From positions 6,565-70,564 of IMG/VR virus record IMGVR_UViG_3300045988_105924: 64,000 nucleotides of DNA. One strand, 5' to 3'. Positions within the stretch are counted from its first letter, which is position 1. The number at the start of each line of letters is the position of its first letter. Source of the stretch: a virus. The translations under genes and the position numbers were made by a program. Of this stretch, positions 35,776 through 45,740 are shown one piece after another. The notes beneath the pieces were generated by a model. The model did no database searches. It saw only the letters and a program-made list of their open reading frames with translations, and was not told the DNA's origin.

Positions 35776-36117
35776 ATGGGGAATTGGAAACGTGCTATCG
35801 CCATCGATTTTGATGGCACTCTCTGTGAGAATAATTATCCTGATATCGGTGAGCCAAACTGGAATATCATTTATCAAGCAATCCAGGAACAGAAGCACGG
35901 TGCTGGGTTGATTCTCTGGACTTGCCGGGAAGGAAAGCTTCTGTATGATGCGATGGAAGCTTGTTTTGATTGGGGAATCCAGTTTGATGCCATCAATGAA
36001 AGTCTTCCTGAGTGGAAAGAGCATTTTGGTACTGCACCTAGAAAGGTCGGTGCTGATGAATATTGGGATGATAAGGCCAGAACTGTAAAGAATGGAGAGT
36101 TGGTTGACAATGACTAA
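35776..36117 (+). CDS. small HAD-superfamily phosphatase-like protein
   Basis: motif I IAIDFDGTL (DxDGT); SD gaggtgatttgat then ATG. Confidence 0.45.
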   Translation: MGNWKRAIAIDFDGTLCENNYPDIGEPNWNIIYQAIQEQKHGAGLILWTCREGKLLYDAMEACFDWGIQFDAINESLPEWKEHFGTAPRKVGADEYWDDKARTVKNGELVDND

Positions 36118-36415
36118 TGCGAATAATTACGTTTTATCATTAAATCTATTGGATGGTGTACATCAATCACTCTGGAATGCTCTTAAAAGCTTGGAATTGT
36201 TTCGACAAGGAACTGCGTTTAATCAGGTTTTGAATGATGATACGCATATTATTGAACCGGATGAATTGACTTATGTTCTTGATAAATTTGCAGAACAGCA
36301 TCCTGATTGGAAAATCTGTATTGAAACTGACCATGGGACGGTTAGTGAAAAACTCAAAATGAATCATAATTTCTACGAAGGAATGGGTAATATGATTGTC
36401 CTTGATTTTGAATGA
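36110..36415 (+). CDS. hypothetical protein (101 aa)
   Basis: ATG 36110 overlapping the upstream end. Confidence 0.45.
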   Translation: MTNANNYVLSLNLLDGVHQSLWNALKSLELFRQGTAFNQVLNDDTHIIEPDELTYVLDKFAEQHPDWKICIETDHGTVSEKLKMNHNFYEGMGNMIVLDFE

Positions 36416-36666
36416 AGATGACAAAACGACAATATAGACATAACAGAATTGATTATCGCACATATAATTACACACTCAAGAAATATCACAACTTACACAG
36501 AGAAATCTACGCTAAAAATGCAAGAGATGCAGTTAAAATGCTAAGAAGTAAAGAATGTAATCGTGAGTTTGAGATTGTTAAAGTCTGGTTTGTTGATATT
36601 TTTGGTGATAGAAACGATAGATTTTATCCACGAACTTATGTGATTGACAAAGAAGATTATGAGTGA
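36412..36666 (+). CDS. hypothetical basic protein (84 aa)
   Basis: ATGA overlap. Confidence 0.45.
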   Translation: MKMTKRQYRHNRIDYRTYNYTLKKYHNLHREIYAKNARDAVKMLRSKECNREFEIVKVWFVDIFGDRNDRFYPRTYVIDKEDYE

Positions 36667-36678
36667 GGTGAGGACGCA

Positions 36679-37437
36679 ATGGCGGTATACATCACGGGTG
36701 ATATTCATGGTGATTTTAATCGGTTTTTAGAATTGGAAAAGTTTTGCCATGAACACAATCTTGGAAAGAATGACTGGATTGTCTGCCTTGGCGATGTCGG
36801 TTTGAACTACTACGGTAAGGATGATCCTCGTGAATGGAGTATCAAGACTATCGCCGCAGATATTCCTGCGAATCTGTTTTGTATTCATGGCAACCACGAA
36901 CGCCGCCCGTCTCGTAAGGATGGTTATAGAACAAAGGAAATCAGTGGAGATATTTGTAGTAAGGTGTGGCATGACTCACATTATCCCAATCAGTATTTCG
37001 CTATTGATGGTGAGGTTTACCAGATTCTTTCCGGCGTAGAGATGTTGAATTGTCTTGTTTGTGGTGGAGCTTATTCTGTGGATAAGTATTATCGACTAGA
37101 GTGGGGATATAATTGGTGGACGGATGAGCAGCCGAATGAGAAGACTAAGAAAAAGATCTGGAATATTACACATGACCATCAAATCGATGATATTGATGTT
37201 ATGCTCACGCATACCTGTCCATTCCGGTTCATTCCAACTGAATTGTTTATCGGTGGTATTGATCAAAGCACAGTGGATCAGTCAACTGAAATATTCTTTG
37301 ATAATATATACGAATGCTATCCTAACGATCGTAAACCATTCTGGTACTTCGGCCATTTTCATGGCAACAAGTATACCGATGACTATGTGATGCTTTTCGA
37401 CGATATTATTAAGTTTGGAAATAAGAGGAAGGAGTAA
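36679..37437 (+). CDS. calcineurin-like metallophosphoesterase
   Basis: GDIHGD, GNHE and GHFH motifs; SD gaggtgaggacgca then ATG. Confidence 0.65.
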   Translation: MAVYITGDIHGDFNRFLELEKFCHEHNLGKNDWIVCLGDVGLNYYGKDDPREWSIKTIAADIPANLFCIHGNHERRPSRKDGYRTKEISGDICSKVWHDSHYPNQYFAIDGEVYQILSGVEMLNCLVCGGAYSVDKYYRLEWGYNWWTDEQPNEKTKKKIWNITHDHQIDDIDVMLTHTCPFRFIPTELFIGGIDQSTVDQSTEIFFDNIYECYPNDRKPFWYFGHFHGNKYTDDYVMLFDDIIKFGNKRKE

Positions 37438-37439
37438 GA

Positions 37440-40400
37440 ATGTCAAGTAGTTTACACACGCACTCGAATTACAGTCTGCTAGATGGGTACTCTTCTCCTG
37501 AAGAAAATTTAAAAAGAGCATCTGAACTCGGTTTAAAGGCCGTTGCTATTACGGAGCATGGTGAGGTAACAAGCTGGCCGTACTACTCAGAACTGAAGGA
37601 CAAGTATCCGAATGTAAAACTTCTTTATGGTATTGAGGCATACGAGTGTGAAAACAGGGAAGTTAAGGATAAGAACAGTAAATACTGGCACCTGATTATT
37701 ATCGCAAAGAATGAGGCTGGCCGTCAGGCTGTTAATCGCTTGTCTACACTCGGTCATCTTCATGGTTTTTATAGCCGTCCTCGTATCACAAAAGAGGATA
37801 TCGCTAAGGAAGATACGAATAATTTGATTATCCTGTCTGCTTGTTTAGCAAGTAGGCTATCCAGAACAGATGATTATAACGCTTGTATTAAGCTGGTTCA
37901 AGAGTATAAGAGCTTATTTCCTCACTATTATCTTGAAGTTCAGGCTCATGCAAACAGTGAACAGGCAAAATACAATCAAAAAATCATGCGGCTGGCGAAT
38001 GATACTCATACAAAAGTAGTTGTCACAAACGATGTTCACGCTGCCACCAAAGAAGATCTTTATTATCAAGATTATTTCCTTCGTATCGCTCATGATACGG
38101 AAACCGCCGCAGAAATCTATGAAGGATGCTACTTCATGTCTCGTGAGGAACAGCATAGAGTTCTTGATAGCCAGATTGGATACGAAGCGGCAGAATGGTG
38201 TATCAATAATACTGACGAGGTTGCCGACCTGTGTGATGATGTAGATATGCCTTGGCATGAACCTGAACTTCCCAAAATTGAGATTCCGCCACAGTATTCT
38301 AATTCGGCAGCTTACCTGAAAGACCTTGTAAAAGAGGGATGGAAGAAACGTGGAATTGATAAGTTTGATGCAGAAAAGCAGAAAATCTATCGCAAACGTG
38401 TTGATGATGAGTTGTTTGTCATCGAGAAGAAAGACTTCTGTGACTACTTTTTGATTCTAGTCGATTACATCAACTGGTGTAAACAGAACGATGTTATTGT
38501 TGGCCCAGGGCGAGGTTCTGCTGCTGGTTCACTTGTATGTTACTTGATTGGTATTACGCAGCTTGACTCTATCAAATACGAGCTTGATTTCGGACGATTC
38601 CTTACTATTGAACGAAAGGACCTTCCTGACGTTGATGTGGACGTTAGCGACCGTGCGAAGGTTGTTGAGTATTTGACACAGAAGTATGGAGAAGATCGAG
38701 TGGTTCAGGTTATGAATATCGTGTACACTACTCCGGTCACTTCGATTCAAGACGTTGGTAAAGTTCTCGGCTTTCCGTATGCTGAAATAAGAAAAATCAG
38801 CGAGAAGTTTGTTCAAAAGACATGGAAGGATTGCCTTGATGCCAACCCGGAAGTGGCTGAAAATCCGAAGTATAAGGAACTACTTGACATCGCAAGTCAT
38901 ATCAATGGTCGCCCACGAGGATATGGTATTCATGCTGGCGGTGTTATTGTCTGCCGACATCCTTATTATGAGTATATCGGCATTCGGCACGGCACTGACG
39001 GAGAACATGTTATTTCTGTTGATAAAGTGATGGACGAGAAGATTGGACTCGTCAAGTTTGATATTCTTGGTGTTGCGTCGCTGGTTGCTATCGATGAGGC
39101 AAAACGTGAAGACAATATTCCAGACTGGGAGATTGATATTAACAATCCAGAGTTTGAAAACGATAAGGCAACTTACGATTTGATTTGCTCCGGGCGGACA
39201 GACAATCTATTCCAGATTGAGTCTTCGGGAATGAAGGATCTGGTTGCACAGCTTCAGCCGAGGTCGATTGAAGAGCTATCCGCTTTGATTGCACTTTATC
39301 GCCCTGATGCAATGCCGTCCATTCCTACATACGTTGATTGCAAATACCATCCTGAGCACATTCATTATTTTCATCCTGATATGGAACCGATTTTCCGCAG
39401 CACATACGGTGTGAATATTTATCAGGAACAGAGTATGAAGCTCACGAAGGTGTTCGGTGGTCGAAACGATGCCGGAGCTGACAGAATGCGTAAGTGCTTG
39501 GCAAAGAAAAAACCTGAGAAAGTCAAGGAAGAGGTCGAGCTTCTTTACGATGAGATTCTTGCAAACGGATACGATAAAGCAACCGCCGAATATATTTGCG
39601 ATGAACTGTCAACGAAGGGCGGCTACGGATTTAACAAGTCACATTCTCAGGCGTATGCCGTTATCTGCCTTCAAACAGCATACTTAAAAACACACCATCC
39701 GCTTGCATTCTTTAAGGCTATGCTAAACCTGAATAAAGCAAAGGTCGGTAAGGTAAACAAGATTATGGTGGATGCACGGAGTTTTGGTGTTCAGGTTCTT
39801 CCTCCGAGTATCAATCGTTCCGGCATGGATTTTACTGTATCGAATGGGAAAATTCTATTTGGCCTATCCGCAATCGGTGGTATTGGTGATACGCTTGCCG
39901 ATGCTATTATTGCCGAAAGAGATAAGAATGGAAAGTTCAAGGGTCTTGATGACTTCACGAGCCGTGTCCGTGCAACAAAGGCACAGATCATCGCACTGGT
40001 TAAGTCTGGTGCCATTCCTACAAAGAATAAACGAGCATTCTTGGAAAAGTACATTGCGAGTGGTTTGGAGCAATCTGAGTTCAAACCGGTAAGCACACTT
40101 CCTACAAAAGCTGTCCTGCTGAGTAAGTGGGATATTGATACGGAGCATTATAAGGTTGGTAAGAAGGTTGATAAAGAAACTGTCCTACGAATCTATAACG
40201 AAAAACGCCGTGTTGTATATGAAACTGAAAAGCTCAAGAAAAAAGAAGCATACATGACTGAGCAGTCAGAGAAGTATTTGAAGGACGAGCAATTCTGGGA
40301 GTTCCAGACATTACAGACGTTCATCATCGATAAGAATCCGTTTGAAAAGGCATACGAGTACATTCAGGATTTCTCAGAGATTGAGAGTGGCGACTCTTGT

Positions 40401-40655
40401 GTGCTGGTTGGTATTATCGCAAAGATTCAGAAGAAGAAAACAAAGACTGGTATGCAGTTTGCATTTGTAAATCTGTACTCTGGTGATGGTATCATTGAGC
40501 TAACTGTGTGGCCGAGAATCCTTTCTGATTATCAGGATTTGATTGTTAAGGGAAGTCAGGTAGCTGTGCTTGGTAAGAAGGAAGATGATTCGCACGTTAT
40601 TGCAAATGACTTCAAGCCTTACAAGCAATGGCTGCATGATAGAGAGATAAGGTAA
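37440..40655 (+). CDS. dnaE: DNA polymerase III alpha subunit (DnaE-type, PHP domain N-terminus)
   Basis: PHP motif HTHSNYSLLDG...ITEHG; 1071 aa; catalytic fingers and OB region length consistent with DnaE. Confidence 0.8.
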   Translation: MSSSLHTHSNYSLLDGYSSPEENLKRASELGLKAVAITEHGEVTSWPYYSELKDKYPNVKLLYGIEAYECENREVKDKNSKYWHLIIIAKNEAGRQAVNRLSTLGHLHGFYSRPRITKEDIAKEDTNNLIILSACLASRLSRTDDYNACIKLVQEYKSLFPHYYLEVQAHANSEQAKYNQKIMRLANDTHTKVVVTNDVHAATKEDLYYQDYFLRIAHDTETAAEIYEGCYFMSREEQHRVLDSQIGYEAAEWCINNTDEVADLCDDVDMPWHEPELPKIEIPPQYSNSAAYLKDLVKEGWKKRGIDKFDAEKQKIYRKRVDDELFVIEKKDFCDYFLILVDYINWCKQNDVIVGPGRGSAAGSLVCYLIGITQLDSIKYELDFGRFLTIERKDLPDVDVDVSDRAKVVEYLTQKYGEDRVVQVMNIVYTTPVTSIQDVGKVLGFPYAEIRKISEKFVQKTWKDCLDANPEVAENPKYKELLDIASHINGRPRGYGIHAGGVIVCRHPYYEYIGIRHGTDGEHVISVDKVMDEKIGLVKFDILGVASLVAIDEAKREDNIPDWEIDINNPEFENDKATYDLICSGRTDNLFQIESSGMKDLVAQLQPRSIEELSALIALYRPDAMPSIPTYVDCKYHPEHIHYFHPDMEPIFRSTYGVNIYQEQSMKLTKVFGGRNDAGADRMRKCLAKKKPEKVKEEVELLYDEILANGYDKATAEYICDELSTKGGYGFNKSHSQAYAVICLQTAYLKTHHPLAFFKAMLNLNKAKVGKVNKIMVDARSFGVQVLPPSINRSGMDFTVSNGKILFGLSAIGGIGDTLADAIIAERDKNGKFKGLDDFTSRVRATKAQIIALVKSGAIPTKNKRAFLEKYIASGLEQSEFKPVSTLPTKAVLLSKWDIDTEHYKVGKKVDKETVLRIYNEKRRVVYETEKLKKKEAYMTEQSEKYLKDEQFWEFQTLQTFIIDKNPFEKAYEYIQDFSEIESGDSCVLVGIIAKIQKKKTKTGMQFAFVNLYSGDGIIELTVWPRILSDYQDLIVKGSQVAVLGKKEDDSHVIANDFKPYKQWLHDREIR

Positions 40656-40667
40656 GAGGGTTGTAAG

Positions 40668-42998
40668 GTGGCAGATAAGAAATTTAATGAAAATATGATC
40701 CGTTGCTATATCAGGATAAAACGAGTCTTTTATCCGAAAGATGGGAAGGAGGTGGAGCCCGGCGGCTTCGCCACTTTCTCTGCCGAGGTGGTAAAAGTCA
40801 AGCAGGGAAATCCTGTTATGAGTCGATACAGTGACCTCCGGTTAAAGGGCAACGTTCCTAGCCTCGATATGAATAAAACTTATTCGTTCTGTGGTGAGTA
40901 TGTTCATCATGAAAAGTTTGGTGACCAGTATAAAATCATTTATATGAATGAGTTTCAAGAGATTACTGACCCGGAAGAACAGAAAAGCTTTCTCCATTAT
41001 ATCCTGACCGACCATCAGTTTGAGATACTTTATGAAGCATTCGAAAATCCGTATGAGATTATCAAGAATGGTGATATCAAGTCGCTTTGCACTGTTAGTG
41101 GTATTACGGAAGGCAGAGCTCAAAAGATCATTGATACTTATGAAAACAACATTGATAACAGTGAGGCGTACACAAAGCTAATTGAGTACGGTCTGACCCC
41201 TAGTGCTATTGAAAAGCTTGTCCGTCAATATCATGGTGCAGACACTCTGGTGAGAAAGATTGAAGAGAATCCTTACGTCCTGATTGACGATGTGTATGGC
41301 ATCGGCTGGAAGAAGGCTGACGCTCTTGCTTTGAATATGGGTTTAAAGCACAATTCGCAATTCAGAATCGAAGCTTACGTCATGCACTTTCTCGCCGCCC
41401 GCGCCGAGGAAGGCAACTCTATCATCCCGGCAAACCAGACAATCAATAGCTGCATCAAGGAACTTGAATTGGATGAGGGAGACCAAGAGGTCATCAAGAG
41501 GGCACTTTTTCATTTGCATGATGTCCGTGAAACACTTTGGTGGAGCGATGACCGTCAGGAATTTGCTTTAACTAGAGTGTGGAATCTGGAAGATAGTATT
41601 GCGAAGGAAATCAAGCGTCTGGCGGATGCTCCTGTTGAGCCGATTGGTCGAAATATGGATGCAGCAATCAATGAGGCCGAAGATGCGCTTGGCATCGAGT
41701 ATACCGAAGAGCAGAGAGATGCCATTAAAAAGGTATGCTCTAATAATATTGCTATCGTCACAGGTCTTGGTGGATGCGGTAAAAGTACCGTTGTCGCTGG
41801 TGTTCTAAAGGTTCTTCGTGGGAAGTCTTTCGCTCAGACTGCACTCTCTGGACGTGCCGCAGCTCGTATGCAGGAGATTACTGGTCAGGACGGTAAGACC
41901 ATTCATCGTCTTCTTGGTTATGATATTGAGAATGGTGGTTTCATTCATAACAAGGATAATCCTCTTGAAGAAGATATTATCATTTTGGATGAGACTTCTA
42001 TGGTTGGAGCTCAGTTGTTCTATGATTTGATTCAGGCAATTGAAACAGGCAAGCGATTCATCATGATTGGTGATGACGGCCAGCTTGAGAGTATCGGTAT
42101 GTGCAACATCTTCAAGGATATGCTTGCATCTAAGGTTGTTCCTGTGGCTCGTTTGACTAAGATCCATCGTCAGGCAGCTAAGTCTGCAATTATTACGGAG
42201 AGCATCAAGGTTCGTAACGCTACACAGTTGGTTTCTTATGGCTGGGCTGGCAATGAGGTTCGTGGTGAACTTCGTGATCTGGAACTTGATATCTATAAGG
42301 ACGCAAGTGAGTCGTTCAACCACATCATCAATCAATACCGTACCTTATATAATAAGGTAGGGAGTGATAGTGCGAAGATCCAGATTGTACTTCCACAGAA
42401 GCTGCGTGGCAGTATCTGTACCTATGAAGTCAATAATGCCATTCAGGAAATTGTGAATCCAAGTCGTGGTCAAGCAGAAGCAAAGGTCACAATCTATGGT
42501 GATGGCAAGGATAGGGTGTATACTCTGCGTGAGGGTGATCAGGTCATCATCAACAAGAACAACTATGAGCTTCACACATACAATCTCAAGACAAAGAAAA
42601 AAGAAGAGAAGTGTCCGGTGTTCAACGGAAACCGTGGCATTATTCGAAAGATTGAGAGTAGTTTTATCCTGGTTGATTTTGACCAGTGGGGAACGATTTT
42701 CATTCCTCATTACTTTGGTGGGAATAACATTTGGACAACGCTTGAACTTGCTTATGCTTTAAGTTGTCATAAGTTGCAGGGCAGTGAGGCTCCGTATGTG
42801 ATTGTTGGCATGGACAACTCTGCGTACCTGATGTTGACGAGAGAATGGCTCTATACGGCCATCACTCGTGCCAAGAAGTATTGTGTGATTTGTGCCGAAA
42901 CTCATGCTCTTGATCGGGCTGTAAAGACTTCGAGAGTTCCATATAAGCGGACGTTCTTGAAGGAATTTTTACGGAAAGAATTTGCAGAAAAGCATTGA
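40668..42998 (+). CDS. RecD/Dda-like superfamily 1 DNA helicase (AAA_30 plus UvrD_C_2)
   Basis: Walker A GLGGCGKST, Walker B ILDETSMV, C-terminal CHKLQGSEAPYVIV...TAITRAK. Confidence 0.7.
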   Translation: MADKKFNENMIRCYIRIKRVFYPKDGKEVEPGGFATFSAEVVKVKQGNPVMSRYSDLRLKGNVPSLDMNKTYSFCGEYVHHEKFGDQYKIIYMNEFQEITDPEEQKSFLHYILTDHQFEILYEAFENPYEIIKNGDIKSLCTVSGITEGRAQKIIDTYENNIDNSEAYTKLIEYGLTPSAIEKLVRQYHGADTLVRKIEENPYVLIDDVYGIGWKKADALALNMGLKHNSQFRIEAYVMHFLAARAEEGNSIIPANQTINSCIKELELDEGDQEVIKRALFHLHDVRETLWWSDDRQEFALTRVWNLEDSIAKEIKRLADAPVEPIGRNMDAAINEAEDALGIEYTEEQRDAIKKVCSNNIAIVTGLGGCGKSTVVAGVLKVLRGKSFAQTALSGRAAARMQEITGQDGKTIHRLLGYDIENGGFIHNKDNPLEEDIIILDETSMVGAQLFYDLIQAIETGKRFIMIGDDGQLESIGMCNIFKDMLASKVVPVARLTKIHRQAAKSAIITESIKVRNATQLVSYGWAGNEVRGELRDLELDIYKDASESFNHIINQYRTLYNKVGSDSAKIQIVLPQKLRGSICTYEVNNAIQEIVNPSRGQAEAKVTIYGDGKDRVYTLREGDQVIINKNNYELHTYNLKTKKKEEKCPVFNGNRGIIRKIESSFILVDFDQWGTIFIPHYFGGNNIWTTLELAYALSCHKLQGSEAPYVIVGMDNSAYLMLTREWLYTAITRAKKYCVICAETHALDRAVKTSRVPYKRTFLKEFLRKEFAEKH

Positions 42999-43023
42999 CA
43001 ATTATGTGCGTATCCTGTATAAT
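42995..43023 (+). promoter_or_regulatory. consensus sigma70 promoter TTGACA-17-TATAAT, with GTATCCTG directly upstream of the -10 box
   Basis: perfect hexamers; the -35 overlaps the helicase stop codon. Confidence 0.65.
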
Positions 43024-43036
43024 ATAGTTATAAAAA

Positions 43037-43060
43037 GTCTCCACCCGGAGGCTTAAAATT
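43037..43060 (+). terminator. hairpin GTCTCC-ACCC-GGAGGC followed by a T-rich tract
   Basis: 6-bp GC stem plus ttaaaattctctcttt. Confidence 0.5.
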
Positions 43061-43070
43061 CTCTCTTTAA

Positions 43071-43088
43071 CTGTATAATACAGGATAC
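43071..43088 (+). promoter_or_regulatory. conserved motif variant CTGTATAATACAGGATAC (copy 4)
   Basis: TATAAT followed by ACAGGATAC. Confidence 0.55.
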
Positions 43089-43090
43089 GG

Positions 43091-43128
43091 GAAAGAAATG
43101 GCTTGCTCGTAACGACAAGCCTTTCTTT
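43091..43128 (+). other. long hairpin AAAGAAATGGCTTG-loop-CAAGCCTTTCTTT
   Basis: 13/14-bp inverted repeat between two motif copies; may act as an attenuator or terminator. Confidence 0.5.
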
Positions 43129-43138
43129 ATTAGCTATA

Positions 43139-43157
43139 ACTATATAACACAGGATAC
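43139..43157 (+). promoter_or_regulatory. conserved motif CTATATAACACAGGATAC (copy 5)
   Basis: identical to copies 1 and 2; 13 nt upstream of the ligase ATG. Confidence 0.6.
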
Positions 43158-43170
43158 GCAAGGAGGCTTT

Positions 43171-44484
43171 ATGACAGATAAAGAGCTCATAGGTAAGCTT
43201 AATGCGATGGTTAAGGCATTGCAGAAAGCAAAGAAGAAGACGGACAAGACCCGCATTTTGCTGGATGCACGAAAGGATTTTGGCGACGAAGATGATGAGC
43301 TGATGTTTTTCTTCAGATTTTTGCTTGACCCAGCAATTGTGACTGGACTGTCTGACGCAAAGATCAACAAGAAGGTGGTGGCAAAGCCTGATTTAGATTT
43401 TGAGCATTACAGTTGTGGATGTCTTTATCTAATGGGTAAAGGTCACAACACTGGCTCTGATGCATCCATCGCAACAATCCAAAATTACTTACATAAAAAC
43501 CCTGAGTACGAAGAGTTCCTGAAGCGACTGTTCACTAAGAACCTGCCGATTGGAGTTGAAGCAGCTACCATCAATAAGGTGTACAGCGAAGAGATTATTC
43601 CTGTCTGGGAGGTTCAGCAGGGATATCCGATTGACAAGGTTAAACTGAAGCGGAATGAAATGATTTTTGTATCGCGCAAATTAAATGGAGTGCGCGGCAC
43701 CTTTATCAATGGTCAGCTCATTTCCAGACAGGCGCAAAAGTTTACTGGACTTGACCACATTATCAACGATATTAAAAATACTGGCTATTTTGGTTATGTA
43801 TTTGATGGAGAGTTAATTCGTAAGAATGTCGATGGTCTGTCAGATAACAAAAATTTCGTTGTTGGGACAGGCATTATTAACAGCGATTCTACAGATAAGA
43901 GCTGCATCAAGTTCGTAATTTTCGATATGGTTCTACAGAGACAGTTTGAAAATGACGAGTGTGTTGAACGATATTCAGTTCGTAAACAGCGGCTTCTTGA
44001 GCTGAAAGAGAAAATCAAGCAGCACAATCTTCAAAACATTGAAGTTGTCGAGATGGTCTACGAAGGAACCGACCATTCACAGATTACTAAATGGCTTGAT
44101 TATGCTGTTGAAAATGACTGGGAAGGACTTGTCTGTAACAGAGATGTCCCTTACCGCCGGGCACGACATAATGGATGCCTGAAAGTAAAACGTTTTTATA
44201 CTGTTGATCTTCGTATCATCGCGATTGAAGAAGGTCAGAACCGTCTGGCTGGTACGATGGGCGCTCTGGTTGTTGATTACAAAGGTAACGAGATTCGTGT
44301 TGGTTCCGGTTTTGATGATGCTACGAGAGCTGCTGTGTGGGCAAATCCTGATAATTACATCGGCAAGATTGTGGAGTGTAAATATAAAGAGGTCACGATG
44401 GATAAAAAGACCGGCCTTGAGTCTCTGCAATTCCCGACGTTTGTAAGATTTAGAGATGACAAGAACGAGGTGTCTTATGGCTGA
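43171..44484 (+). CDS. ATP-dependent DNA ligase
   Basis: motif I RKLNGVRG (KxNG variant), motif III FDGELI, motif IV EGLVC, motif V LKVKR, C-terminal OB-like region. Confidence 0.65.
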   Translation: MTDKELIGKLNAMVKALQKAKKKTDKTRILLDARKDFGDEDDELMFFFRFLLDPAIVTGLSDAKINKKVVAKPDLDFEHYSCGCLYLMGKGHNTGSDASIATIQNYLHKNPEYEEFLKRLFTKNLPIGVEAATINKVYSEEIIPVWEVQQGYPIDKVKLKRNEMIFVSRKLNGVRGTFINGQLISRQAQKFTGLDHIINDIKNTGYFGYVFDGELIRKNVDGLSDNKNFVVGTGIINSDSTDKSCIKFVIFDMVLQRQFENDECVERYSVRKQRLLELKEKIKQHNLQNIEVVEMVYEGTDHSQITKWLDYAVENDWEGLVCNRDVPYRRARHNGCLKVKRFYTVDLRIIAIEEGQNRLAGTMGALVVDYKGNEIRVGSGFDDATRAAVWANPDNYIGKIVECKYKEVTMDKKTGLESLQFPTFVRFRDDKNEVSYG

Positions 44485-44773
44485 TGTTAGGTTGATTGAC
44501 GCAAATGCTTTGCTTGACCGAAATAATTGGACAATCAAGCAATACAGTGAAAAAGAAGCCGATGCTTGGCGAGACGGTATCGCTCTCATGAAGAAAAATA
44601 TTGAAAACGCTCCGACAATTGACGCGGAATCTATGCGGCCTAGAGGATATTGGATTCGGCGTAAAGATAGATACGATGGGGCATGGGGTTGCTCAATCTG
44701 TGGGAATCCCGTAGGACCAGTCATAGCCCCATGTTCAAAATACTGTCTAAATTGCGGAGCAAAAATGAGGTAA
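44477..44773 (+). CDS. hypothetical protein with C-terminal zinc ribbon
   Basis: ATG 44477; CSICGN...CLNCG. Confidence 0.45.
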   Translation: MADVRLIDANALLDRNNWTIKQYSEKEADAWRDGIALMKKNIENAPTIDAESMRPRGYWIRRKDRYDGAWGCSICGNPVGPVIAPCSKYCLNCGAKMR

Positions 44774-44860
44774 ATATGCCTAAAAACAAGCTAAAAGATT
44801 CCTTTTATTGGATGGGTGGAAACGATAAGAATGAAGTAAGCTACGGCTAAGGAGAGGATT

Positions 44861-45244
44861 ATGAAAACTTATTACGCAGTAACCAAAGGAGAATACTCAG
44901 AATATCGAATTATTACCATCACTGAGGATAAAGAGAAAGCAGAAAGAATCGCTGCGGCCTACGATTGTGATGTCGAAGAGTACGAGGATTGTATCATAAA
45001 TCCGATTGGCGTTTGGAAGGTTTATTACTACGAAAAAAATAGAAACTGGCTCATAATCCATTCCAATAGAGATGTTGAAAATATTAAAGACAAAGAGTGG
45101 AAACCTGATTATTTTGATTCGGCTCTTTACGACGAGGGAATGGTGTGGACTATTTATGTCACCGCTGAGAATAGAGAACTTGCTCAAAAGATTGCTTATG
45201 ATAAGTATGCTCAGTGGAAAGCTGAACGGGAGGGGCTGGCATGA
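44861..45244 (+). CDS. hypothetical protein (127 aa)
   Basis: SD aaggagaggatt then ATG. Confidence 0.55.
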   Translation: MKTYYAVTKGEYSEYRIITITEDKEKAERIAAAYDCDVEEYEDCIINPIGVWKVYYYEKNRNWLIIHSNRDVENIKDKEWKPDYFDSALYDEGMVWTIYVTAENRELAQKIAYDKYAQWKAEREGLA

Positions 45245-45519
45245 ATCTTTCCAAAAAGACCATTAAACACATTCTTCGGATTCTTGATAACAAATGTGTC
45301 GAGAGTCCATCCAAAACCACAACAATTAGCTTTGGCGGTAATCGAATTCCAACTCGTGAATTCACGCCTAAGAATAAAGAAGCGTATGGATGGTGGACTA
45401 TTGTTTACGTTCCATCCGAAGGTTACTTTTGGGGAATCAAGAATGAAATGTCTGAGGAGTTTGGGATGGATTTGGATAGTCCAGATATCTGGTCTCCTGC
45501 ACAGCTTGCCGATTTGTGA
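45241..45519 (+). CDS. hypothetical protein (92 aa)
   Basis: ATGA overlap. Confidence 0.5.
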   Translation: MNLSKKTIKHILRILDNKCVESPSKTTTISFGGNRIPTREFTPKNKEAYGWWTIVYVPSEGYFWGIKNEMSEEFGMDLDSPDIWSPAQLADL

Positions 45520-45527
45520 GGTGTAAA

Positions 45528-45740
45528 ATGCTACTTTTAACGCAAGACGGGAATATTGTAAACCTAGAACGTATGGTAACCATTGATACCGCAAGCCTTA
45601 ATGTTTATGTAAGGCATGGCATGAATGAGCGTGGAATTATTCTTGGTAGCTACAATACTGAGTCGAGATGTTATGATGTTATCGCAAATATTCTTGACTG
45701 CTATCGAAAAAATGAGAAAGTATACATAATGCCAAAATGA
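45528..45740 (+). CDS. hypothetical protein (70 aa)
   Basis: SD gaggtgtaaa then ATG 45528. Confidence 0.45.
   Translation: MLLLTQDGNIVNLERMVTIDTASLNVYVRHGMNERGIILGSYNTESRCYDVIANILDCYRKNEKVYIMPK

Noticed and set aside
37914-38258. Minus-strand ORF inside the Pol III alpha gene
   Set aside because: Embedded antisense within a well-supported 1071-aa polymerase gene.
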